Source: Octopus bimaculoides
Taxonomy: Eukaryota
Direction: 5' to 3'
DNA length: 48,140 nucleotides
NCBI RefSeq assembly: GCF_001194135.2
Contig: NC_069007.1
Coordinates: 10,944,871-10,993,010, forward strand
In this document: one piece after another, positions 12,930 to 24,531 of the stretch
Layout of the letters: every line of letters begins with the position of its first letter
How positions within the stretch are numbered: position 1 is the stretch's first letter
Made by a program: the position numbers and the translations under genes
Notes under the pieces: model-generated
What the model was told of the DNA's origin: nothing
Databases searched by the model: none
The model's input: only the letters and a program-made list of their open reading frames with translations

Positions 12930-13172
12930 GTATTCTGTTGTTGATGTAGAAATTCTAATGAAGAATCCTTGGATCTAGGTTAGAAACCAGCTTTCTCTAT
13001 TGGCAAGAAATCTTGAAATAAAACTGAACAATGACATACATAAATACAAAAATATCCTGTTGTTGGTGTTGAAATTCTAATGAAGGAAACTTGGATCTAG
13101 GTTAGAAACCGACTCTCTGTATTGGCAATAAATTTTGAAATAAAACTGAATAAAGGTATACATGCATACATA
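12930..13172 (+). repeat. Tandem duplication of a 122-bp repeat with ACAT tail
   Basis: CTGTTGTTG..GAAATTCTAATGAAG..CTTGGATCTAGGTTAGAAACC..GAAATAAAACTGAA starts at 12935 and at 13057. Confidence 0.9.
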
Positions 13173-13364
13173 TCTTGTCTATAGTTGGGTCCCAACACAA
13201 GCATAGACATGACAATTGACACTTTTTTGCAAATTGAGTTAAATCAATTTTCAGCTTTTCAAATTATCTCTGGAGTCAGAGACACAAACCCTGCATTGAT
13301 AAATCCCTTCCTGCCAGAATGATTTCAGATATAACTGAAAGATTTTTATATGTGCATATGACTC

Positions 13365-13464
13365 TGTGTGTGTGTGTGTGATGCATGTATGTGTATGTAT
13401 GCATATGTGCATGTGCATGCATATATATATATGTAAATGCATATATATATATACATATAGATAC

Positions 13465-13539
<75 letters not shown>

Positions 13540-13649
13540 CATACTTTAAATGTCCTATAATGTACACAGCCTTGGTTTTTTTATGTCAAAGGGAAAAGTA
13601 AATCCTTATATATATATACATATATATATATATTTTATATATATATAAA

Positions 13650-13683
<34 letters not shown>

Positions 13684-13806
13684 TACATATATATATATAC
13701 ATATATATATATAAATAAATGCATATATATGTGTGTGTGTGTGCATATGTATATATATATATATAAATGCATATACATACATATATATCATATATATATA
13801 TATATG

Positions 13807-13838
<32 letters not shown>

Positions 13839-14126
13839 TGTATGTATGTATGTATATGAGTATGTGTGTGTGTGTGTTTGTGTGCTTATGCATTTATGTG
13901 TTTAAGGTACATATAAGAATAAGAAAATTTCATTTGATGAAATTGAGTTTCTGATATCATTCAAAGCTGAAGATCAGATGCGTCTTTGATTACCTATTTT
14001 CATTTCTCATATGATTAAGTAAACAAATATATTTATACATACTTACATACATATATGAGTGTTCATGTGTGTGAGTGTGCGTGTATACGTGTGCAAGCAT
14101 GTGTGTATATGTATATATATATATGC

Positions 14127-14225
<99 letters not shown>

Positions 14226-14764
14226 TATATAGAGAGAGAGATAGAGAGAGAGGGAGAGAGAGAGGGAGAGAGAGACTGATAGACATACAGATGCATAATC
14301 ATATTGGTAAGTAAGAACATATTGAGAGAAATTGTTATATTGTTAGGTAAGCTTGGTAGGTATGTTTGTATATATATATATATGCATGTATATATGTCTG
14401 TATGTATATGTCTATATGTATGTATGTTTGTGTGTATGTAGGTATATAGTGAGTGAGGGTTAGATAAATAAATGCATGCACGTAAAGATTTTCAGTGTGT
14501 CTAAGTTGATGTTTAATTGTACATATATAGACACGCACACACGTGTGTGTGCGTGTGTGTGTATGAGATGTCTTCATTTTATGAGATTCTTTTTGTTTTC
14601 ATTATCAAAGCATCTCTTCGACAATGACTACAATACCAGAAATATTTCTGCCTCTGTGTGTGTGTGTGTGTGTATGTATATAAGTATGTGTGCATGTGCA
14701 TGTATGTGTATGTTTGTGTATATGTATATGTGCATATATATGTGTGTATATATATATCTACTTA

Positions 14765-14823
<59 letters not shown>

Positions 14824-15210
14824 NNNNNNNNNNNNNNNNNNNNNNNNNNNNNNNNNNNNNNNNNNNNNNNNNNNNNNNNNNNNNNNNNNNNNNNNNNNNN
14901 NNNNNNNNNNNNNNNNNNNNNNNNNNNNNNNNNNNNNNNNNNNNNNNNNNNNNNNNNNNNNNNNNNNNNNNNNNNNNNNNNNNNNNNNNNNNNNNNNNNN
15001 NNNNNNNNNNNNNNNNNNNNNNNNNNNNNNNNNNNNNNNNNNNNNNNNNNNNNNNNNNNNNNNNNNNNNNNNNNNNNNNNNNNNNNNNNNNNNNNNNNNN
15101 NNNNNNNNNNNNNNNNNNNNNNNNATATATATATATGAGAGAGAGAGAAAGAGAGAGAGATAGAGAGAGAGAGAAATGTGTATGTATGTATGTATGTATG
15201 TGTGTATAAA
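13365..15210. repeat. Dense cluster of TA/TG/TATG/GA microsatellites
   Basis: Several long directly visible arrays around the 14824-15124 gap. Confidence 0.95.
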
Positions 15211-15889
15211 TATATCTTTTACAGAATCAATTACCACAACAAGAACCATTTATGGCTCCAAGACATTTCATTTCACTCTAAGAATTCCAAGATTCTTCAG
15301 CCTTGCCAGAATGAAAGTAGCAATATTGTTTGAACATTGAAGATGTTGTGTCAACAGTTCGCTACGGCCTTATATTAAGTTCTTGAAATTGGACATCATC
15401 ATCATCATCATCATGATAATAACAACATCAACAACAACAACAACAACAATAATATATGTCAGAAACCAATATCTCAATAAAGACGTATACCTTTGTGGAT
15501 CTTTTATTAACAAGGCTGTTGTGTCTCTTGTAGTTGTTGGTGTTGCTGTTTAGTCTCACATCAACCTTGATTTAGTGAATCTTTGATGTAAATATGCTCT
15601 ATATTTTACCGTATCTTCTCTTCTTTCTGTATCACAGACATGTGCGCATGCACACACGCACACACACATTATTTTGTGTGTATATGTCAGCATGTGTGTG
15701 TATGTGTATATAAATCTGGATTCCTAAATTACACAAGGTACCATATAAAATTAGGTTTATTGCAGGTGCTAAGAAATGTACTCACAAACAACAAACTTTA
15801 TCGATTTATGAAGCTTTAACTTGTTAAGGTTATCTCTAACCTTAACAAGTGATCTGAAGTGCTTTTATAACAGGGTTGCTGTTGTTTGT

Positions 15890-16150
15890 TCCTTCTCATG
15901 CCATGCCTGGCTCATAAGGGCTGGCTTCCCGGTTTTCATTGGCATATAGGTTCCCCACCGGTCCATCGTAGGTGAGCTGCTAGATGCAGGAGGAAAGAGT
16001 GAGAGAAAGTTGTGGCAAAAGAGTCAGCAGAAGTTCACCATTACCTTCTGCTGGAACCACATGGAGCTTAGCTGTTTCATTCATAAACTCACACATCGCC
16101 TGGTCTGATATTCAAACCCGTGGTCCCTCGACTGTGAGTTCACTTTATAA
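15890..16150 (-). mobile_element. tRNA-derived SINE, family C head with an alternative 3' half
   Basis: GAAAGAGTGAGAGAAAGTTGTGGC..GTTCACCA is shared with 35100-35150; B-box-like GGGTTTGAATATC on the minus strand; the 3' half differs from C. Confidence 0.7.
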
Positions 16151-16479
16151 CAGAGTAGAACATAATATTAGCTTATAAAAATGTTTAATATACTTTATTA
16201 TTATATTATCATTACATAACAAAATACTGCATTCCTGCAAGTCATTAATATGATACTTCAAATGTGGTTAGGTCATACTTTATGAGATACTGTGAATGAA
16301 TCTTTAGCAATAATCCTTTTTTGGAGCATAAGGCTTAGCAAAGAATTTTTAAACAAGCTTAAGGAGGAAAAAAATATTAGAGCCATGAGGGTATATGATT
16401 TTCCTACATTGTGTACTACTAATCTGGATTAGAAAAGAGTGGAAGAAGGTATATTTAGTATAATTGATATTATATTTAA

Positions 16480-16525
16480 CTAGCAGAGATACCCGGCATT
16501 GCTCGGGAATAAAATGGCATAGCTT
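16480..16525 (-). mobile_element. Helitron 3' terminus
   Basis: Minus strand reads CCCGAGCAATGCCGGG (hairpin), then TATCTCTG, then CTAG|T, the canonical Helitron end. Confidence 0.75.
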
Positions 16526-16544
16526 GTATATATATATATATATA

Positions 16545-16954
16545 TACTCTTTTACTTGTTTCAGTCATTTGACTGTGGCCATGCTGGAGCACCGCCTTTA
16601 GTCGAGCAAATCGACCCCAGGACTTATTCTTTGTAAGCCTAGTACTTATTCTATCAGTCTCTTTTGCCGAACCGCTAAGTTACAGGGACATAAACACACC
16701 AGCATCGGTTGTCAAGCGATGTTGGGGGGACAAACATAGATACACAAACACAGACACACAAACACAGACACACAAACGCAGACACACAAACACAGACACA
16801 AACACAGACACACAAACACAGACATATATATACATATACATATATACGACAGGCTTCTTTCAGTTTCCGTCTACCAAATCCACTCACAAGGCTTTGGTTG
16901 GCCCGAGGCTATAGTAGAAGACACTTGCCCAAGGTGCCATGCAGTGGGACTGAA
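16545..16954 (-). mobile_element. SINE family A, near full length (head lost in gap)
   Basis: 3' hairpin tail, body, internal ACAGACACACAA repeat and 5' domain all present. Confidence 0.9.
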
Positions 16955-16984
16955 NNNNNNNNNNNNNNNNNNNNNNNNNNNNNN

Positions 16985-17015
<31 letters not shown>

Positions 17016-17264
17016 CAGTTATGTTGAAACAGGTGATACAGGAAAGTGCAACATTGACAACAAAACATTTGCGAAGTAAATGATGGTCTAATTCGACTAA
17101 GTGACATGCAATATGTCTGTTTGGAGGATTCCAGGCCCTAACCTGTCATGGAAATTGGGGGGAGGGGGGTATGTGATTTTTGAACACACCGAGAAGCTGT
17201 CAGTCTATGTACCCTCCTTTGCAGCAGTTGGTGCTGTGTCTAACATGACCCACCATCTAAAGTT

Positions 17265-17615
17265 TTGACACTTCCTTTGGGTTTGTTGTCCTACATCACT
17301 GACAAAGTAAATTTGGAGGAAGCATAGTTGTTCATTTGTGGGTAACAGGGAAGCAATGAGCTGATAGACTTGCCCTTGAACTGTGAATGTTGATGTAAAT
17401 CCATGTTCAACTATCTCCATAAATGCACCAAACGATTTCAATTGAAATGCAGAGTTGTATTGTCTGATATTGCTCAGAAAATCCTTTGACTGAACAATAT
17501 CAGAAGGTCTATAAGAAATTGAGGAGGAGCTGGTAGTGCTGGCAATCTTACTTTACTGCCTGAGCAGCACATGCCATTAGTTTCATTTGGAAATTTGGAG
17601 AAAGTTTCATTTGGA
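17265..17615 (-). pseudogene. Helitron Rep/helicase N-terminal fragment
   Basis: Minus translation ETNGMCCSGSKVRLPALPAPP..SKDFLSNIRQYNSAFQLKSFGA..GFTSTFTVQGQVYQLIASLLP..FLQIYF matches well-known Helitron motifs. Confidence 0.85.
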
Positions 17616-17754
17616 TGTTTAGTTTGAAATAAACTTTTAAGTAACTATGTTTATATAATACAACCATTTTAAAGAACATATTGCTCTCCATTGATTGATG
17701 CTAATGGCTCACCTTTCACTGTTTATTTTTGCCTATTTTAGGTTTATAAATTAA

Positions 17755-19275
17755 AGATGGAAAAAAAAGGGTGCATTGGAGCAACTTTATGGCCAATTTC
17801 AAAGCTGAATGCAAAGCAGGGAAAATGCTTATCATATTGTCCAAGACCACTTTTGAAATGAATCCACATAAAACAACATGGGAGGTTGCAACTAAACCTT
17901 GGCTATCAAACAATTTTTCTACATCTCCATCTTAAAAGCTATATATTAGTGACAGCAGCAGCATTATTACTGAGAGATTATAGGTATCACTACTTAAACA
18001 TGGATGCTCTGTTAGAACAAATTATATTGCAGCAGACACCATAATAGAAATTCTTATATCGGCTTTTGGTGCAAAATGCACTCTCAGTATTAATACTGCC
18101 TCTGTTGCTAATATATGTTTTTTAACAAGCTCACTGGCTAATCACCACATCAGTGACTACTCTGGCATTGTTATTTTATATATCAATGGTGGGGAGATAA
18201 AATGCTGCTATCTCTAGCAGTCAAGTATCCATCATCAGGGCTTGTCCAAGGAATTTTTTGAAGGGAGGGCGCAAGGTCAGAAGGAATACAATTCCAGGAG
18301 AAAAGGGCATAATAATATTATTTAGAAGGGTAGACTTCTTTTCTTGAGGGAGGGCACATGCCTCTCAGAGCCCATCCTCTGGGTCTGCCCCTGGTCATTA
18401 AAACTAAAGAAGGTTGAAAGTACATGATATGGTGGTTGCAGCATTGGAGGTGGCAGAGGTCTTTCCGTTGGTGATATAAACAAGAGTGCATTTGCACCAA
18501 AAGCCAACATGAGTTGTTTCTCTCATGGTATCAACTGCCGTACAGTTTGTTCTAATAGAATATCCATGTTTAAGTGGGGATAAATATTACCATCTTAATA
18601 AAAAGTCATAAAAAACCTCAACAAGGGGTGCTGCATGAACAGACTTCAGTATTATGAAGTCTGTTCTATTTCTTGAAGGCATTAGGATAGAAGATAAAAC
18701 TTGGATTCAATACAACTGCCAGTATTCCCTGCAGTAGATGGACAAAGACGAAATACCAAAGAGAAATACCCAAGTACTTTCCCCAAGCTGAACCACAATC
18801 AAAAGAGGGTGATGGTCTCCGTTTGGTGATTGATATGTAATGTCATCTATAACTAGATTCTATTGCTTAGTGAAACCACTATAACAGAGAAATATTGCCA
18901 AGATGGCAAAAAACATGTTTAAGAAAGAACAAGAAAGGTTAGATTGAGAATTGATCAAAAGACCAATTCTTTTTTATGACCATTTGTCTTGTAAATGACT
19001 CTTTAGAAATTAAACAGCCTGGCATAAGAAACTCTCTCCTACCCAGCTTACTTCCTACATCTCACTCCAGTTGGTTATTACATTTTCAAGTCTCTCAATA
19101 GGTTCTGACTAGTATAAGAATATCTTTAATGACCAAACCATAACTTAAAAACAGCTGTGAAAAATGCATTGCTTTCACGTCTGTAGACAACCATGTTACT
19201 GAAATAAATAGCTTTATTTCTTGCTGGTAAAAATAGGAATGAATTTCAATGAATATTATTTCAAATAATAAAATT
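17755..19275 (+). mobile_element. Decayed mariner transposase (cecropia/Hsmar1-like), interrupted at about 17945-18560
   Basis: Pieces: MEKK..NFK..NPHKTTWEVA; FLEGIRIEDKTWIQYN; PKYFPKLNHNQKRVMVSVW..ETTITEKYCQ; ETLSYPAYFLHLTPVGYYIFK; ..NEYYFK*. Many stops and frameshifts. Confidence 0.7.
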
Positions 19276-19284
19276 TATTCTAAG

Positions 19285-19320
<36 letters not shown>

Positions 19321-19639
19321 TGTGTGTGGGGGGGTAGTTGAAAGTTAAAAAGCACAATTATTTTTGCCCCAATCTGTATATTGTGTATATACACTTATTG
19401 ATTGTGAGTCTGTTTTTGTGTGTTGTGTGTATCTGTGTGTATGTACAATATATATGTGTGAGTATATACGCAAATACATTCGGTATGTGAATGGATTATT
19501 AATAATGAAATACGGACACTTAATTAAAGAATATTTAAATCTAAGTGTGTATATATGTGTGTGTTATGTACACACATGCAATATTATCTGGAAGTATTAC
19601 TAATGAATTAAAGACACTTAATTAAAACATACTTGTTTG

Positions 19640-19677
<38 letters not shown>

Positions 19678-19868
19678 CAACTCTATATTTTGGAGGCACA
19701 AATGGGAGAAAAAGTTGTCAGTGAAAATAGCTAAGTTTATTTATTTGAAGCTGGTGATTCATATTGTTGCTTACTCAGAGTGTCTTGTCAGGTGTGATCA
19801 CATTTAATAAAATAAAATCTCAAAAGCAATGACATGAATCATATTTGCTTGGAATATATATATTTGGT

Positions 19869-19913
19869 CCAGCATGGCCACAGCCTTAAGGCTGAAACGT
19901 AAAATAAAAGAAT
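19869..19913 (+). mobile_element. Isolated family-A-type 3' terminal hairpin and tail
   Basis: CCAGCATGGCCACAGCCTTAAGGCTGAAACGTAAAATAAAAGAATA. Confidence 0.7.
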
Positions 19914-19922
19914 ATATATATG

Positions 19923-20360
19923 CTAGCAGTATAGCCCGGCGCTGCTCGGGATTAAGCTAGGATTATTAAGTGATCAAGTGCTTTATTTCAAACCAAAATA
20001 AGTAACATGGATATCAGATTTGAGCAAAATCCGTTGAAATTGGTTTGGCTCAAAATGGTTTGCTGGCAATTTAATTGGGAAATCCCATAAGGAATCAGTT
20101 TATTGGTTATTTCCACTCATTGACTGTTTTTTTAAAAGTTGCATTAGAGATCTGCATAGGAAAAGGTTGATCTGAAGGTTTGCATTGGGGATCTGGATTG
20201 GAGTAACTTAAGAAAACTTACCAACAGCCTTGTTGTTTAGGGAGAGTCATTATGCCAATATAATACATATAAAAACATACACACACATATATATATATGT
20301 ATATGTGTATGTATGTATGTGTTTGTGTGTGTGTGTGTGTGCGCGTATAGACACACACAC
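19923..20360 (-). mobile_element. Non-autonomous Helitron-like element
   Basis: Same terminal hairpin (CCCGAGCAGCGCCGGG) plus CTAG as at 16480; microsatellite near the other end, as in non-autonomous Helitrons of other invertebrates. Confidence 0.65.
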
Positions 20361-20363
20361 ACA

Positions 20364-21185
20364 TGAGGGACAGCTGAAAAGTTCATAGGCTGATGAAGAT
20401 ACTCTCATGAAATGTGATAAAATGAGGTTTATTTTCCCACATTGTTCCCTTTACAGTCCACACACTTCTTCCATCGGTGTTGCAGTGCTTGGATCCCATT
20501 GGGGAAGAAGCTTTCATCAACAGCAGACATGATGTCATCATCACTGCAATACTGGTTCCCAGCCAGGAGTTTTTTCATTTTGAGGAACAGATGATTGTCA
20601 GAGAGGGCCAAATTAAGAGAATAGAGAGGATGATCAACCAGGTTAAAGCCACAGTCATGCACAACAGCCATTGAAACCAAGAACTCATGCATTGTCCTGA
20701 TAAAACAAGCTCCCTTTCATCAATTTTCCTGAGCATTTTATCTTGATAGCCTTTTGTAACTGCCACAGAAATTTGGCATAGTACTCTCAATTGATGGTGT
20801 GGCCCTTTTGAAGATAATCAATAAATACAATGCTTTTTGCATCCCCCAAAACCGAAACCATCACCTTCTCTGCAGATGAAACGTCCTTGGCCTTCTTTGG
20901 AGCAGGTGAAGAGGGGTGTTGGATCCACTGCATGGTTGTCTACGTGTCTCTGACTCAAAGTGATGAACCTAACACGCGTTCTGAGTTGGGAAACATTCAA
21001 AGAAAACAGCTGGATCTGCCTCAAGCAATGTCAGATTTTTCTCTGATGTGCACCCACTGAGAAAAAACCCATTGTCATGACAAGTTCATTGTACAGAATA
21101 TTCTCAACTCTCTCATGGGATAGGCTTGTTGCATTGGCTATTTGATTCATAATCAATCGCCTGTCCTCCATCGCCATGTGATCTG
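20364..21185 (-). mobile_element. Decayed mariner (D,D34D; irritans-like) with one TIR
   Basis: Minus translation EDRRLIMNQIA..ERVENIL..; VHHFESE..MQW..PSSPAPKKAK..KVM; DAKSIVFIDYLQKGHTIN; YQDNA; DHPLYSLNLALSDNHLF; GIQALQHRWKKCVD. TIR-like ATGAGGGACAGCTGAAAAGTTC at 20364. Confidence 0.9.
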
Positions 21186-21533
21186 CTTCTCAGCCACACG
21201 GTTTTGAGGCTGTCGTAGAACCAAGCATGGCATGTTTATGTATATACATACATATCCACAGACACACACATATGTATGTATATGCCCCTTATGGGCAATA
21301 AAAAAACCACACATATGTATGTATATATTTATATATATATATATATATNNNNNNNNNNNNNNNNNNNNNNNNNNNNNNNNNNNNNNNNNNNNNNNNNNNN
21401 NNNNNNNNNNNNNNNNNNNNNNNNNNNNNNNNNNNNNNNNNNNNNNNNNNNNNNNNNNNNNNNNNNNNNNNNNNNNNNNNNNNNNNNNNNNNNNNNNNNN
21501 NNNNNNNNNNNNNNNNNNNNNNNNNNNNNNNNN

Positions 21534-21564
<31 letters not shown>

Positions 21565-21687
21565 ATATTTATAATTGAACAGTTTTCCACAAGTCAGGAA
21601 AAAAAAACACACTCTAAAATAAAATTTTGGCAGTTATATTTTATGTAGTCAAGAAGTATATCTTTGGATATTAGTGAAAGCCCTAAA

Positions 21688-22165
21688 ACCCTGCACAGAG
21701 GCAAGATGTTCAAGTAGGGTTAACAGCGAGTGCCAGTAAATGGCTGATGCAACACTGAGGCCATGGTTTATGAAGCAGAAGTGGTGTCCAACAATAACAG
21801 TAGCAGCAACATTGTAAGCACACACACATAGTAATATGTTGGAGTAATGGAAGGCTCCTTTAAAACTAGGCTAAATAACCACATGCTTCCTTTTAGGTTC
21901 CCTGAGAAGTATCATGTTATGACATTGTCCACTTATATTTGGTGATTAAAAGATGAGGGAATACTCTACAGAATTAACTGGAAGCTACTGTAACAATCTG
22001 TGTCATGCCTCAACAGAAGCAAATGGTGAAAATTTTGCTTGGCTGAGACTGCAATGATCCAAAAAAAAAAAATTCACATGATCTGGGTGTATTCTTAAGC
22101 TCAAAAAATGAAACTTTTAGTTGGTACCCTCATGACAGAAAATATGTTTTGAAAATGTGGCCTTC
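21688..22165 (+). pseudogene. Penelope-like element GIY-YIG endonuclease remnant
   Basis: C..PVNG*CNTEAMVYEAEV..YVGVMEGSFKTRLNNHMLPFR..TLSTYIW*LKDEGILYRINWKLL..K*KFCLAE..LSSKNETFSWYPHDRKYVL follows the Penelope GIY-YIG consensus. Confidence 0.85.
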
Positions 22166-22487
22166 CCTATTTGCATACTAATGAACAAAAAACAACCACA
22201 AATTGATCCATTTCAGACATAGCTGGAATCATTCAAGAGAAGGTAACTGTCCTTCTCAGAATGGGTTTATTTTGGGTCAGGATTTTTTTTTTACTATCAG
22301 ACTGATGAGAAGTGTGTTTTTATCTCCATTTATAAAGAGGCTTCAATTTCTGGCCAGCAGATCTGATGAGTTATCTACAATGCTGAGTATAATAGTAGAC
22401 ATGAAACTTTCTGATTGGCTATAACCAAGGATATACTATTCAATTACATAATATATGTGTGTGCGTGTGTGTGAATATGTGTGTGTA

Positions 22488-22520
<33 letters not shown>

Positions 22521-22746
22521 CTCATTGAGTGATAGTTGTAAATGAGTGTTACTGTAATTCATTTCCAATATTCTGTGGAAAGAGTGGTGGTAGGGGTGTA
22601 GGTTTGACTCAGTAAACTCCATTTAACCCATGGAACCATGAATAATTGGATAATAAAGATGATGATGATGTTGATATATATATATACAAAAAATATATGC
22701 AAATATATATTATGTGTAGATGTATGTGTATATATGTGTGTGTATG

Positions 22747-22787
<41 letters not shown>

Positions 22788-22797
22788 NNNNNNNNNN

Positions 22798-22851
<54 letters not shown>

Positions 22852-23237
22852 CAATATATACACACACACTTATCATTAGACATGCACACATACATACATA
22901 TGTGTACATGTTCAGTTAGGTTAGAAGCATGCACAGATACATTATAAGATGGATGGATAGACAAAGAGATTGTTAGATGGATGGACAGATCAATGGATTT
23001 GTTGTGATTACAAGGTGTAAAGAAGAGAATTATTGTGGTATCCTTTGTTACTGGCAAACTCCTTCCCTGCCCATCTCCGCTGAATAAATCTTACTCATAC
23101 CATTTAAACCACATAAAATCTTTTCGTGTCCATTCTCTTTTGCAGAAGAAACTGTTATTATTCATGGCTGGAATATTCCTTGTGCTGTTTATTTGAATAT
23201 TGTAGCAACTGAAGTCTCTAATTCATAAACAGAATCG

Positions 23238-23615
23238 TGGTAAGCACGACTATATTGTTAAGTGACTTGTTTTACAACTGCCTAGCTCTCGGTTTGACCC
23301 CACAATATGGTACTGTGAACAAGGGTCTTTTACTGTAACCTTCAGTATATTGGTTTCAAATTTTGGCACAAGGCCAGCAAGTTGAATACATTGACCTTAG
23401 TACTCAGCTGGTACTTATTTTATTGACCCTGAAAGGATGAAAGAAAAAGTTAACCTCAGCAGAATTTGAACTCAGAATGTGAAGCCAGATGAAATGCTGG
23501 TAAGCATTTTGCTTGGTGTGCTAATGGTTCTGCCAGTTCTACCAGCTCAGGATATCAAAGCCTTGTGAGAGAAATTTGGCAGATAGAAATCATGTGGAAA
23601 TCCATTGGATGTATA
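23238..23615 (+). mobile_element. Old SINE A copy (+) split by a SINE B copy (-, about 23360-23535)
   Basis: Degenerate A head at 23238-23345 resumes as AAAGCCTTGTGAG..ATTTGG at about 23555; B motifs lie between on the opposite strand. Confidence 0.6.
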
Positions 23616-23633
23616 AGTATGGTAAACCAGGAC

Positions 23634-23880
23634 TATTTTATTTCATGTTACTCGCTTCAGTCACTTGACTGCAGCCATGCTGGAGCACTGCCTTGACAGG
23701 TTTTAGTTGAACAAATCGACATCAGGACTTATTTCTTAAGCCTAGTACCTATTTCATCAGCCCCTTTTGCCAAACCGCTAAGTTACAGGGATCTAAACAC
23801 ACTAGCACAAACAAATTGTCAAGCAGTGATGAGGGGACAAATACAGACACACATAGATATATACATATACATATATATAT
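23634..23880 (-). mobile_element. SINE family A 3' half
   Basis: TTCAGTCACTTGACTGCAGCCATGCTGGAGCAC..AAGCCTAGTAC..CCGCTAAGTTACAGGG..GGGGACAAA. Confidence 0.85.
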
Positions 23881-24531
23881 ATCTATCCCCCAAAATGTCA
23901 GGCTTTGTACCTAGAGTAAGAAAAGAATACAGAAAGGTCAGAAGAGAACTAATCACAAGGTTGTATGGTTAGTTCCTTCAATTATGGTTTGAGTTGTTGC
24001 TTTTGTTATTGTTGCTGTCACCCCCCCCACACACACACAATATTCCAAATTAGTCTCGATCATGGTGGGTGGTGGGGGATGACAACAAAAATAACAAAAT
24101 CAACAACTAGAACTCTAATCAAAAACACTCCATCATTTATTCAGACACAGTGTACCTAGGACTACATTATCCAGTGCATCCTTCCTTCTTTGAAGACATT
24201 AGGCTGTGATTTCATGCAGCTTTGGTTATGAAAGTATTTTTCTACTTCCCTAAAATTGTATTTTGTTGTTGCTGTAGTTAGTTTGGTGTAAGTTAACTGC
24301 AGTTAAACAGACACCTATTTCTGCTGATTTGTCTTTCTGTCACACTCTAGCCTTTCATCATACGACACAAGTTCCCCTCCTCAAATGCCCCTGAGATATC
24401 CCATAAAAAATATACATTCTGTACATTTTCCTTTTGACTTTTTCTACAACTCACCACATGGGGGGAAAAATCTCTTCAACAAAGTTTTTCATTATATAAT
24501 ATATATGCTTTTTTATTTATTTATGGATTAA

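Noticed and set aside
13200-13345. [16 protein letters not shown] (Ig-like, or a mariner C-terminal scrap)
   Set aside because: Too short and ambiguous; it ends in a stop with no convincing donor site.
15230-15400. CLGAING, a Harbinger-like motif on the minus strand
   Set aside because: A single short motif with stops; insufficient evidence.
18236-18393. GC-rich MITE-like ends (CAGGGC..GCCCCTG); similar hAT-like scrap at 7279-7346
   Set aside because: Poor TIR match and no TSD, so not reported as features.
22110-22135. Apparent mariner TIR
   Set aside because: Better explained as the coding C-terminus of the Penelope remnant.
22368-22420. CTGATGA..GAAA hammerhead-like string
   Set aside because: Stems I and III cannot be formed convincingly.
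23146-23239. Exon-like segment with a good acceptor and GTAAGC donor
   Set aside because: Stops in all three frames, and the donor overlaps a decayed SINE head.
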